A DNA stretch of 64,000 bases from Histomonas meleagridis 2922-C6/04-290x (lineage: Eukaryota > Protista > Parabasalia), in NCBI GenBank assembly GCA_020184695.1, contig JAANOX010000242.1:186001-250000 (forward strand), read 5' to 3'. Every line of letters begins with the position of its first letter. Position 1 is the first letter of the stretch. Made by a program: the position numbers and the translations under genes. The notes below the pieces were generated by a model. The model was not told where the DNA came from, made no database searches, and worked only from the letters and a program-made list of their open reading frames with translations. Of the stretch, positions 21,715-32,430 are shown one piece after another.

Positions 21715-21729
21715 AAAGGCCAAACCGTT
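21715..21729 (-). promoter_or_regulatory. M3-like AACGGTT followed by M5-like CCTTT upstream of RPL29
   Basis: Minus strand reads AACGGTTTGGCCTTTTATC-ATG. Confidence 0.6.
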
Positions 21730-22351
21730 AATAAGAGACCGTTTGTAATTCACCAAAAATGTGTGCACAAAAAATTATTATTGTTATAAAAAATATATTT
21801 TTCATGGTTATGTTCTGTGCCATTATAAATATGAACGAAATGTAAAAATTTCTACTTTAGAATTACCATAAAAGTTATCAAATGATATAAAAGAAATTGT
21901 TTTGAATCTTAAAGATACAACATCAGTTTTAAGATATGTTTCAATAAAGAATTATAAAGAAGAATTGATAAACTTTTTTACTTTTGTTCAATTAATCATT
22001 AAAAGTTCGAATCTAAATTTATCTTATGAATTACTCAATAAAATGGAAAAATTTTTTGTTAACATTTTTTCATTTATACGAAATAATTTTTCTGACAAAC
22101 TTTTTGAATATTTTTCAACAATATAAAATCCAACTTCTTATGACATTTATTATTTAAATATCATTGGAATGAAAGTTGCAAATGGCATTGCTTTGTGATT
22201 GCTTTTCGATTCAATGAACGTTTGCGGAATGCATTGATAAAAATGTAAAGTATATAAAAATGTTATATTTTGTGAACTTTATATTTATTTTTGATAGCTC
22301 GATAGAAACGTACCTTTCAAAAATTAAAGGAGACCGTTTTTCTAACAAGTT

Positions 22352-23320
22352 ATGAACAAAAAAGGAAAGAAATCAAAGATTGATGAATTTGTGGAAATGG
22401 GTGTGAATGCCATCATTCGCCCACCTAGAAGTGAATATGATCCAAATTCACTTCCTCTCAAGGTTTTTATTCCTGGCTATGGAAATGTTGATCGCAAACC
22501 AATTTCTTTTAAAAATAGTCGAGGGCTGAAGATTGTTGGTTCTTTCTATGCCCCATCTTTTCAAATTCCAGAAATGTCATGTGTTGTTTATCTTCATGGC
22601 AATGCCTCTTCCCAACGTGAAGGAACATTTCTAGTTCCTGTTTTTGTTCCTTCTGGTGTTGGTGTTCTTTGTTTTGACTTTGCCGGTTGTGGTGCAAGTG
22701 AAGGTGAATATATATCACTTGGCTTATTCGAAAAAGATGATGTTGCGTGTGCCATTAATTTTGTTCGAGAACAATTTGGTGTTGGAAAAGTTGCCATATG
22801 GGGTCGTTCTATGGGTGCTGCCACAGCCTTTTATGCAATGTCAGAAGATCCGACAATTGCTGGAGCCGTTGCAGACTCTTCATTTTCATCACTTCCCATC
22901 CTAATTGGAGAGCTTGGGAAGCAATACAATGTTCCCACAGTTGTTTCCAAATCTGCTGTTTGGTATGTTTCTGGGAAAATCGAAAAACTTGCGAAATTCG
23001 ACATCCGAAAAGTTGAACCAATTGAAGCAGCGAAGACGTGTTTCACGCCAGTTCTAATTATACATGGGTTAGATGATAATTTCATCAATTTCCATCATTC
23101 GCAAGATATCTATGACAAATATGCTGGCGACGACAAAGACATTTTACTTGTAGAAGGAGATCACAATAGCGAAAGGCCTATGGAGGTAAAAGTGCAAGCG
23201 ATAATGTTCTTGGCAAACATTTTGGACTGTCCAATAGTTATGGACGAGATACCAATGTTGTTGCAGCAATCTGGAAGACACCATTTCTCTTCTTTCGAAG
23301 ATATGTTATGTCAAATGTAA
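22352..23320 (+). CDS. Alpha/beta-hydrolase (S9/ABHD-like serine hydrolase)
   Basis: YLHGN oxyanion motif, GRSMG nucleophile, HGLDD, GDHN catalytic His. Confidence 0.9.
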   Translation: MNKKGKKSKIDEFVEMGVNAIIRPPRSEYDPNSLPLKVFIPGYGNVDRKPISFKNSRGLKIVGSFYAPSFQIPEMSCVVYLHGNASSQREGTFLVPVFVPSGVGVLCFDFAGCGASEGEYISLGLFEKDDVACAINFVREQFGVGKVAIWGRSMGAATAFYAMSEDPTIAGAVADSSFSSLPILIGELGKQYNVPTVVSKSAVWYVSGKIEKLAKFDIRKVEPIEAAKTCFTPVLIIHGLDDNFINFHHSQDIYDKYAGDDKDILLVEGDHNSERPMEVKVQAIMFLANILDCPIVMDEIPMLLQQSGRHHFSSFEDMLCQM

Positions 23321-23661
23321 ACGCCAAAATTTATTTTACTGTTTAATTATCTTGAAAATTATAACGAAGTTTTGTAAGAATAATTAAATGAATGAACGAA
23401 ATAATTAAACATTATTTTATTTGCAATAAAAAAAATTTTATATTTGAGGAAATCAATTTTTACTAATTGACGAAATATATATATGTACTTGCAGCTCTAT
23501 ATTAAGTCCATAGTATGAACTTGAATATATATTAATAAATCTATTATTTTTATATTGAAAGATTCTATTTTTAAAACTTTAAAAAAAAAATTCATTTATT
23601 TTTAAAAATATACAAGAAGGAATTTATATTATGACAGAAGATGTTAAATTAACATGAATAA

Positions 23662-23790
23662 TATTTATCTATATTGTTTAAAACTCAAAAATAATATTTG
23701 GAAATTATTAAATTTATTTGAAACTGCACTTATGTTGGCACCAAAAAATTCTCATGTAGAAATTGTTAAATTAATTCGTAAAAAATTAAA
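23662..23790 (+). pseudogene. Orphan spacer+ankyrin unit in inverted orientation
   Basis: TCAAAAATAATATTTGGAAATTATTAAATTTATTT then GAA-ACT-GCA-CTT... (ETALMLAPKNSHVEIVKLI). Confidence 0.65.
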
Positions 23791-23946
23791 TAAATGTACG
23801 TTTTGTTAAAACAAATAATCCGATCATTATAAATAGAAAAATAACAAACAATTTGAAATTGAGTTTACAAAATAATATAAATAATTTAAAAATGTTATTT
23901 CGAAACATAAAATTATTTTAATAAATCCAAAACAAAACATATATAC

Positions 23947-25919
23947 AATTTTAACTATTATATTAACTTCTTTGTGTTCAGAGAATAATTTAACTATTTC
24001 TATATAACCTCTTGCAGATGTAAACATAAGTGCTGTTCTAAATAATTTAAATATTTTCCATATATTATTTTGAGATATTGGATAATTAAAATAAAAATTA
24101 TCTTTAGCATTAATATCAATTCCTTCTTGTTCAAGAAGTAATTTAACTATCTCTATATAACCATAATAAGATGATAATATAAGTGCTGTTCTAAATAATT
24201 TAAATATTTTCCATATATTATTTTGAGATATTGGATAATTAAAATAAAAATTATCTTTAGCATTAATATCAATTCCTTCTTGTTCAAGAAGTAATTTAAC
24301 TATCTCTATATAACCATAATAAGATGATAATATAAGTGCTGTTCTAAATAATTTAAATATTTTCCATATATTATTTTGAGATATTGGATAATTAAAATAA
24401 AAATTATCTTTAGCATTAATATCAATTCCTTCTTGTTCAAGAAGTAATTTAACTATTTCTGTATAACCTTTTGAAGATGCTAAAATAAGTGCTGTAAAAA
24501 ATATTTAAAATAATTTCCAAACATTATTATGAAATATAAAATTATTAAAATAAACATTAAATAATACAAATAAATACCTTTAGCATTAATATCAATTCCT
24601 TTTTGTTCAAGAAGTAATTTCACTATTTTGTTATGACCATTTGCAGATGCTAAAATAAGTGCTGTAAAAAATAATTTAAATATTTTCCAAATATTATTTT
24701 GAGATATTAAATAATTAAAATAAAAATTATCTTTAGCATTAATATCAACTTTTTGTTCTAAAACATATATAACAAGTTCAAGATTTCCTGATTTGGAAGC
24801 AAGAACTAAAGTAACTTTGGGCATATACAAATATAATTCATTTAGAAAGTGCTTTAAAAGAAATATATTTCCAATAATCACCGATTTTTTAATGATAGAT
24901 TCATTAATTTTCATGCCATTTTCTTGTAAAAATGAAAATATTTCATAATTATGATGTAAAATACATTTCTCACCTAATTCTTCTAAATTATTAATTTTAC
25001 CAATTTTATTTTCATAAAGATAATGAAAAATATCATTTTGATGAAATTCAATTGCTACTTCATATGATCCATGAAATGAAGAATGATTTTGTTCACATAA
25101 ATGGATGATTTCAAGATTTCCACCTGCAACTGCATACTTACCTGTATTCCGAATATAAGAATTACTTAGTAATAAATATTTAAAACATTTAACTGAACCA
25201 AAAAATGCTGCAAACTCAATTAATCTAACATTATTTTGGTTAATAAATGAATATCTTTCATAAAGTGATGGAAGAATGTATTGATTAAAATCGAAATCAT
25301 TTAGTGATGATATTTCTTGAAGTTTTTCTATTTCATCATTTCGAATTATTTTTGCGATATCATTAGGATTAATTCCTTCTCTAATTAATTTTTTATGAAG
25401 TTCCCAATCATTCTTTGATAGTTTTTCAAAATTTTCCATAAAAGATTTTTGTATTTCATTTACATATCTCTTATTATGATATTTTTTGATTTCCTCTTCC
25501 GAATTGTAATGAGCAAAGAATAAGTTCCATGGAGTTTTTACATTCTTTGATGAGATAAATTTGTTTTTAATCATGTCATCAAGAAGATAATAAGATTCGT
25601 GAGTGTATTTACTAAGAAGAAAACCTTCAAATACATCGAAAATTTTTGATTTACTTTTATTATTCTCCTCGAATGTTTCAATTTCTTTAATAAAATCCAT
25701 ATATATTTCGGTATCATTCATTAATTTAATGGATAATTCATATATCATCTGACTAATAATTAGATTTAAAGAAAAAGAGAATTTTTCATCAAATTTATCG
25801 ATTATTAAATATGCTGATTGCTTAATATTTTCGTTACATAAACCAAAAATTATTTGTTTCAGTGAAAGAAGTTTTTCAAATTCATTTTGGAATTTTTGAT
25901 CTCTTCCAGTTAGTTCCAT
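23947..25919 (-). CDS. DUF3447-type ankyrin-repeat gene A; C-terminal ankyrin modules interrupted by AT-rich spacers
   Basis: LIEFAAFFGSVKCFKYL...AVAGGNLEIIHLCEQ domain. Ankyrin blocks at 24576-24665, 24406-24495, 24253-24342, 24100-24189 and 23947-24036 continue beyond the track stop at 24480. Coding status uncertain. Confidence 0.7.
24028..24456 (-). repeat. About 2.8 identical copies of a 153-bp unit (90-nt ankyrin block + 63-nt spacer)
   Basis: 24037-24189 and 24190-24342 read as identical; a third copy matches from 24343 to about 24456. Confidence 0.9.
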
Positions 25920-27093
25920 ATGATGTTGATATGTATTTTGACTGGAGGTTATTTTGAGTACTGAAAATTTGAATTTCGTTCATGGAAAGAAATTATAATA
26001 TTTTACTTTTAGTATATTCATTTATATTACATATGCTTATGTGACTACTAAATTAAACTTGAATAGATATTTTGGATTCCATCAAACATTCAACCAACCA
26101 ATTTTTCACGCTCTTCAATAGGGGAACTTTATTTACAATAGAAAAATTTTTATTAATCTATTGAAATATGAAAATTATTTACACTTTCGTTCTACTATTC
26201 AAACAGAAAACCATTTACATTATCAGATAACATTTTATTAAAAAATGTGAGAAAAAGCTCAATCAAAGAAAAAATAGATTTCTCTAAAGTGTAAATTTTC
26301 ATGAAAAGGTGTTGGTCTTTAAAAACATAAATATGATTTAAAAGTATAAACTGGTTGTAAAAAAACATCAGTGCCTTTGAATAAAAATAAGTTACACATA
26401 TGATATTTCAGTTAAAAAAAATATTTTGGCAAACTCTGAAAAATAAATCAACTCAGATGCTTCTGATTTTTTACCAATCGGAGAAAACACAAAAGAAACT
26501 TGATTTAATCCGTGTGAGTATGCTTTAATTAGTTTCAGTTCAGCTGTTATAGTTGTTGAATCTACTTGTTTGCTCGATTGAATTGGGAAATTCACATGAT
26601 TGTTAAATTTTGAATGCTGCCGATTTTTACAACCACATTTTTTTGAATACATAACTTTTCGGGATTTGATCTTTGTGGTGTATCGATACATTTCAAATCA
26701 ATGTATCGAAGTATAGATTCTTATCGGTAGTAAAGTTTTCTAGATATGGCATCGCAGCTGTTGAAAAAATAATAGTAAAAAAAAATGTACATTTTAGAAT
26801 AAGGATATTTTTATTAAACTGGATGCAGATCTCCAACGATAGAATCAATTGGAATGTTTTAAACTCAGATATCGTTACCTCAAGAACTCACTCGGTTCTG
26901 AATGGTGATATCTGCTTGCTTTTTATATAAATAATACACCTTTATACTAAAGGTTATATTTTATTTTCCCCATGCATTAATGGGTATAATTTTAAATTTA
27001 TATTAGTTATTTTTCCCCATATATTAATGGGTTAAAAAATTCACCACATAATAAGTGGTCAAATAAAAATCATCATAAGATGATTGAGTAGAA

Positions 27094-27444
27094 TTAGAAA
27101 TCTTCACCAAATATATCGTGTAAATAATCGATATCATTTAGTGGATCAAAAAATGAATCTAATTCATAATTACAATCATTAGAAGGAGTGCCAATAAATA
27201 TTTCTGACGGATTAAGTTCATAAGAATTATAATACTTAAATTCTTCTTTTGATGTATCATAAACTGGAACATTTTGCATAATGTCATTATCTAGCGGTTT
27301 AGGATTTATAGGTTGAGGTTGAGTTTGGTCAGTTTTGATTAACTTTCCTTTAGGATCAAGTTCATATCTCTCATTGTCATACATAATATACCGAGCACGA
27401 ATGTGAAACTTAGGACGACCTGTTATAATACGCGAACGCTGCAT
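27094..27444 (-). CDS. Small hypothetical protein (basic N-terminus, acidic C-terminus)
   Basis: ORF MQRSRIITGRPKFHIRAR...; no recognisable domain. Confidence 0.55.
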   Translation of the reverse strand: MQRSRIITGRPKFHIRARYIMYDNERYELDPKGKLIKTDQTQPQPINPKPLDNDIMQNVPVYDTSKEEFKYYNSYELNPSEIFIGTPSNDCNYELDSFFDPLNDIDYLHDIFGEDF

Positions 27445-28061
27445 AAATCTTAGTGAACTGAATTTAAGGTTTGCAAGAAAAAATTGATACAAACTCAAGA
27501 AAGTTCGCCAGCAGACGATCAGTTTAAACGTTGTTTGAATAGTTTAATCTCAGAAATTTTCTATGCTTAGCATTTTGAATTATTCACAATAAATAGCTCA
27601 TCGGCTATCATCGAAAAAGTTGTCACATTGAAGATGTGTAAATGATTGAATAAATGAATTTTATTTAGTAAATGTTTGTGCTAGTGAAAGTAACGAAGAA
27701 GAAACATATTGTGTCAAAATACAAGGAACATATACATGAGTAATGAATATCCAAAAAAATTATGCTTCATATAATTCTTTCTGGTAAAAGATAAGTTACC
27801 TATGATTCTGAAATAACAAGACTAATACAATACATGATAAAATTTGATCATCATAACTCGACAAATTAAAACAAAAATGAAAGAAAAATTAAAATAAATT
27901 CTTGGTAAAACAAATTAACATCATCTTAAATTTTGTTATAAAATATGTTCACTACTTAATTTTGTTAAAATGATTTGATCAAACAATATAAATATAAATT
28001 TCCATAAATTTTATATTTTTTCCATAAAAATTTTAATTATTTTTAGAATTTAATGGATACT

Positions 28062-28862
28062 TTAATACATGAATCCGCCTCCTGTTTCTAACTCAGCTCT
28101 CCAATTTATCTTTGTCTTTGTCACCGGCATCTTCCTTCTTAAACATGCAATTCCTTCTTCACCTATCTTAGTTAATGTTTCTTGCACAGATTTAATCCAT
28201 TTTTCTTCAAATGATATAATTGCTTCGATTATTTGCGCTGACTTTTGTTGAACATTATCACCGTTAATAGAAACTGGACTAAGTGTGGCACTGTTTTGAC
28301 AAACAGCATTACCGCCTTCGAAAAAGTGTTGTATGGATTCGATTTTGCCAGAAAGAGTTGAATTATCTTCGAAAACATATCGACTAATTACACTCCCTGT
28401 ACGAAAGTTTTCAAGACTAATCGAAGAGCTACGAAGATATATAACTAAGCTGCCTTTGGAAGTGGTATAAACACCAACAGCGGCTTGTTCATGATATGTT
28501 TGTGATAAATAATCAGTAAGTTTGGTTTGCAACTCTTCGCGAAGTTCATTAGAGGGAACTTCGGGTTCACCTCCAATTTCTTCAGCACGACGATACGCAA
28601 AATTATAATTGAAAGTTTTATATGTAATAGGATCTACAAATGATCCATCACTTTGGGCTGCTTCTTCACAAATGATAGCCGCATGTTGCGAAATTGGAAC
28701 ATAAGTGCATTGCTTCATATTCCATTTTTTGATGGTAGCTGCACGACTTTCAAGGAGAGTGGGTTTACTTACAAGCACAGATAACACAGATGAACACTGT
28801 TCATATTCACCTGGTGGAGACTCTTCTAAAAAGCGAGAAACAACATCAGTTTCACTTTCCAT
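28062..28862 (-). CDS. CAPZA: F-actin capping protein alpha subunit
   Basis: FLEESPPGEY, HFFEGGN, LRRKMPVTKTKINW family motifs; ATG at 28862. Confidence 0.93.
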   Translation of the reverse strand: MESETDVVSRFLEESPPGEYEQCSSVLSVLVSKPTLLESRAATIKKWNMKQCTYVPISQHAAIICEEAAQSDGSFVDPITYKTFNYNFAYRRAEEIGGEPEVPSNELREELQTKLTDYLSQTYHEQAAVGVYTTSKGSLVIYLRSSSISLENFRTGSVISRYVFEDNSTLSGKIESIQHFFEGGNAVCQNSATLSPVSINGDNVQQKSAQIIEAIISFEEKWIKSVQETLTKIGEEGIACLRRKMPVTKTKINWRAELETGGGFMY

Positions 28863-28949
28863 TGATAAAAACCGTTTAGAAATAACGTACACCTCTTAAC
28901 GTTCTCATTCAAACAGAAAATTAAAAAAAAAATGTATTTTTTGTGGCGT

Positions 28950-29507
28950 TTACAAGGCCAAGTTCATGACTGCTGTGACTAAATCACCATCAGCATCACG
29001 AAGAGCTTGAACAGCACGTGCACGTGAAACATTAGATTGTTGCATGATTGTGTTGATATCTTCTTCTTTAAGACCTGTTGCATCAACTTCTCCTTCTTGT
29101 TCATCTTCAACAACTGTAGCAGCTGGTTCAGCTGGAGCAGCTTCTTGAGCAGCAGCAGAGCTTCTAAGTTGTTCAACAGCCTTTGCACCTGGGTCTTGCA
29201 TTTGTGGTTCTCCGAAAACGATGTAAACATCATCTATGAAATAAACATCTGGTGATGCAAAAGTCCACATGATTTGTGCACCTTTCCTCATCATAACTGT
29301 GGAAACCTTTTCAAGTGGTTTAAGGTTGTGTTTGAGAAGAGCTTCCTTCATTTTCTTTTCTGCACGAGATACTTTGCGTGGAGCAGCAACTGGTTCTTCA
29401 GTCTTAGTTTCTTCGACTTTTTCTTCTTCCTTGACTTCTTCAACCTTGTCCTCAGCTTTGACTTCTTCAACCTTGGTTTCAACTGGAGCAGCTTCTTTTT
29501 CGGCCAT
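28950..29507 (-). CDS. NACA: Nascent polypeptide-associated complex alpha subunit
   Basis: SRAEKKM..NAC domain (PDVY...YIVFGE) and C-terminal UBA (DINTIMQQSNVSRARAVQAL...DLVTAVMNL). Confidence 0.95.
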   Translation of the reverse strand: MAEKEAAPVETKVEEVKAEDKVEEVKEEEKVEETKTEEPVAAPRKVSRAEKKMKEALLKHNLKPLEKVSTVMMRKGAQIMWTFASPDVYFIDDVYIVFGEPQMQDPGAKAVEQLRSSAAAQEAAPAEPAATVVEDEQEGEVDATGLKEEDINTIMQQSNVSRARAVQALRDADGDLVTAVMNLAL

Positions 29508-29534
29508 TGGGTAAAAGGCTGACCATTTGCCTCA

Positions 29535-29558
29535 AAATTACCCCTTTAAGGGTAATTT
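29535..29558. promoter_or_regulatory. Perfect inverted repeat AAATTACCC-N6-GGGTAATTT upstream of NACA
   Basis: 9-bp arms read directly; function inferred only from position. CCTTT also at 29514-29518 on the minus strand. Confidence 0.35.
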
Positions 29559-29619
29559 ATCATCGAAATGTGATTTGAAAATAAAAACGAAAACGAAAAC
29601 AACAGAGTTTCATTCAATG

Positions 29620-29985
29620 TTATTTTGTTTGATGCGTAATCTGAACTCCATGTAATTCTTTTAACTGAGATCCCAAATCGCGAATTTCATTTGATAAAGC
29701 TTTGTTGGTTTCTTTTTTTTCTTGAATTATCTCCAATAAGTTCCTTCTTTTTTCATTTCTTTGTTTAACTTTAAGAGATATTTTTTCCTTAATTTTTGCT
29801 TTGCTTGAATTCCTTTCTTTTTCTAATTTTTCTGATTGAATTTGATTTTGTTGAGAGAGTAAATTAATTTCATTTTTAGTTTTGGAAATAGAATAAGACA
29901 AAATTAAATTTTCTGTTGCAATAGTTCGATTTTGCTCTCTGAGTTCTTTAAGCTGGTTTTTGATTTCTTTTAATTTTTCTTCCAT
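29620..29985 (-). CDS. Small coiled-coil hypothetical protein
   Basis: Heptad-rich K/E/Q ORF; ATG at 29985. Confidence 0.6.
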   Translation of the reverse strand: MEEKLKEIKNQLKELREQNRTIATENLILSYSISKTKNEINLLSQQNQIQSEKLEKERNSSKAKIKEKISLKVKQRNEKRRNLLEIIQEKKETNKALSNEIRDLGSQLKELHGVQITHQTK

Positions 29986-30013
29986 TTTGGTCAAATAAAC
30001 GGACTAAAATTTT

Positions 30014-30319
30014 ATGTCTGGAATTTCTCCTGGATCTTCTCTCCTTGACAACACTGTTAAAGAATCACAATCACTCATGTACTCTTTAAGAAAAACCGAT
30101 GATGCAATTGAAACAGCAAACTTAGTTACTGAAAGATTAAATAATCAGATGAGTCGCCTTCGAACTTCAAATAGCAGATTAGAGGATATAATATCAACAA
30201 TTCCTGTCATTGGAAATTTGACATCAAAAATCGAAGTGAGAAGAAGAAGAGATCGTTTGATTCTTGGTGGACTTATTGGATTTTTAATGTTCTTTTGTGT
30301 TTGGTACTTATTTGGATAA
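30014..30319 (+). CDS. Short GOS1/GOSR1-like Qb-SNARE (SNARE motif + TM only)
   Basis: RRRRDRLILGGLIG..C + C-terminal TM, typical of the Gos1 C-terminus. Confidence 0.7.
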   Translation: MSGISPGSSLLDNTVKESQSLMYSLRKTDDAIETANLVTERLNNQMSRLRTSNSRLEDIISTIPVIGNLTSKIEVRRRRDRLILGGLIGFLMFFCVWYLFG

Positions 30320-30515
30320 CGGGCGTAATTACATTAAGCATATTTTATGAAAAATTATTTCCTTTGATTAATCAAATAAATTAACAAATTCTAAAAAAAG
30401 GTTTATTTTATGATTTTTTTTAGTGGTATGTCATATAGCAAAATTAGATAATTAAAATTAAAATAACAGAAAAATTAATGTCGAATAAATTTTATATTTA
30501 TTTAGAAATGTAAAC

Positions 30516-30974
30516 TCATTTATTTCTATATTGTCCGGACTCAATAAGTTTCATACACTTATTTTGAACTTTTTTGATTTTTATGATCCATTCATCAATT
30601 TCATTTCGAGGTATATCTGCAATCATTTCTTTGAAAACACGACTCAATTCTGTAGCCATTTGATAATAAATGTCACCTTCCTTATTGAATTTTTGTGCAT
30701 TTTTCCATATTAAATTCATATCATTTTTCCATTCCTCAAAACTTGCATACTCACTCTTTTTAAGTTTATCCATAACCAAGCTAAGGTCACATGGTTTTTG
30801 GATTATTTTTCCATATTCAGGAATCTCATCCAAATTTACAGGATAAAGAAAAGGAAAAGCAATTGGCATATTGCTTATCTTTTCTGTTACATGAAGACAA
30901 TGTTTGTGCTGAATAGCTGTCATGAGGTTGTTTGTTGATGAAACTCCTGCTCTGGTTTGATGCAAAGGAATCAT
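30516..30974 (-). CDS. Single-bromodomain protein
   Basis: PFLYPV...YGKIIQKPCDLSLV..Y.SFEEWKNDMNLIWKNAQKFN. Confidence 0.9.
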   Translation of the reverse strand: MIPLHQTRAGVSSTNNLMTAIQHKHCLHVTEKISNMPIAFPFLYPVNLDEIPEYGKIIQKPCDLSLVMDKLKKSEYASFEEWKNDMNLIWKNAQKFNKEGDIYYQMATELSRVFKEMIADIPRNEIDEWIIKIKKVQNKCMKLIESGQYRNK

Positions 30975-31203
30975 AAAAATTTGTTTTGACAGTCTGTCTG
31001 TTCATTTGAAGTAAACGGCTGTTTAAAGGGCACCCTATTTTTCTCAAAAAACGTTAAAGCACAAGTTGTACAACATAGAAAAACTTTTATTCTTGCTTGG
31101 CTTAAAGTGATGGTTTCATGCGTTCTGTTGGGATGTTTTGTTTGGCTTTGAATGATCGATTTATAAAACTTAAAGTATGTTTGTTAAACATTGTTTACTT
31201 AAA

Positions 31204-32304
31204 TTAATTCTGTTTTTGATTAGAATTGGTTTTAGACTGCCCAAAACCAATTCCCAATGAGCCTCCTGAAGAAAAGCTTCCATTGGAATTTCCTTGTCTT
31301 GATGAATTCGAATTATTTTGTCCGAACCCATTCCATTGATTACCAGTAGTAGTACTACCAAACGAGTAAGCCTTTTGCTCAGGTTTCTTGAATTTGTCGG
31401 CATTGGTTTCCCGCTTTTCAAGATCTCTTTTCCTACCTTGCAAAAATTCATTGTACTCATTAACAATGCTTTCAGTAAGAGAAGCCTTTGACTCAGAGTC
31501 GTCTTGAAGCTCAAGACTTGTTGTTTGATCCGAATGCTCTTCTCTAAATTTTTTAACGGCGGTTTTAACGGTTGAAACTCTGCTGCTGCATCGCAAAATG
31601 ACTTTGTGCTGCTCTTGGAGGAGGTTCGAAAGAGATTCATACGTGGGAGATGTATAATCATGGTTGAGGGCATTTTCAAATGTGTTGATAGTTTCATTGA
31701 TTACTTTAGACCGTTTGGAAATCAAAGAGACATATCGATGAAGAAATGATGATGCTGATGAATGACTTTGCCGTAGTGCTGTACGTGTTTCGTGTTTAGA
31801 AGTTTCAAGATCATTTCGAAATTTTGAGATTTCTGAATTCCCGTTTCCTATCTCATGAGAAATAGATATCATAGAAGAAAGAAGTCGCTGCGCATCTTCA
31901 AGTGTAGACGATAACTTTTTATCAAAGGCTTCAGCTCCTTCAATGGGTGACATTTCTTTTTGAACTTCATTCGACATTTGAATAATATCATTAAGAATGC
32001 TGGCCGCATAAACATAATTGTCCTTCTTTTCTTTCGAGTCATCTTGCATTTTTTTGATTTCCTCTAACTTGGTATTTTCTGAAATTAACTGTTCTTGTTT
32101 ATTCGTATTGAAATTAAAAGAAAACGCTGAAGAACCTGTGGAATTTGTATCTTTTTTCGCAAATGCATTTGTAAAATTTGAATTTGAAAACAATGAAGTA
32201 CCTGTTTGACCACCTGCAAGTGATGAAGGTTGTGTATTCGATCCTCCCGCTGTGGAGTTTCCTGATTTATTATCAAATTGAGGGGTTACTGTGGGAAAGC
32301 TCAT
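31204..32304 (-). CDS. FG-type nucleoporin with central coiled coil (Nup58/Nup49-like)
   Basis: S/T/N-rich ends with SLF, AFSF, SFG and GFG motifs flanking a coiled coil. Confidence 0.6.
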   Translation of the reverse strand: MSFPTVTPQFDNKSGNSTAGGSNTQPSSLAGGQTGTSLFSNSNFTNAFAKKDTNSTGSSAFSFNFNTNKQEQLISENTKLEEIKKMQDDSKEKKDNYVYAASILNDIIQMSNEVQKEMSPIEGAEAFDKKLSSTLEDAQRLLSSMISISHEIGNGNSEISKFRNDLETSKHETRTALRQSHSSASSFLHRYVSLISKRSKVINETINTFENALNHDYTSPTYESLSNLLQEQHKVILRCSSRVSTVKTAVKKFREEHSDQTTSLELQDDSESKASLTESIVNEYNEFLQGRKRDLEKRETNADKFKKPEQKAYSFGSTTTGNQWNGFGQNNSNSSRQGNSNGSFSSGGSLGIGFGQSKTNSNQKQN

Positions 32305-32430
32305 GAGCTGTTTGGTTGGGAGAAAAGTGACATAATCTTCAATTTTAACGTTCTCAATTATTTTTGAAGTTCTTCTTTAAACAAAAATGATTTTAAAAAG
32401 CATTTTTTATTATTAACATGTTTATAAAAG

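Noticed and set aside
24028-24456. Regularly spaced repeats resembling a CRISPR array
   Set aside because: Units are 153-bp identical module+spacer copies encoding ankyrin; no unique spacers, no cas genes, eukaryotic context
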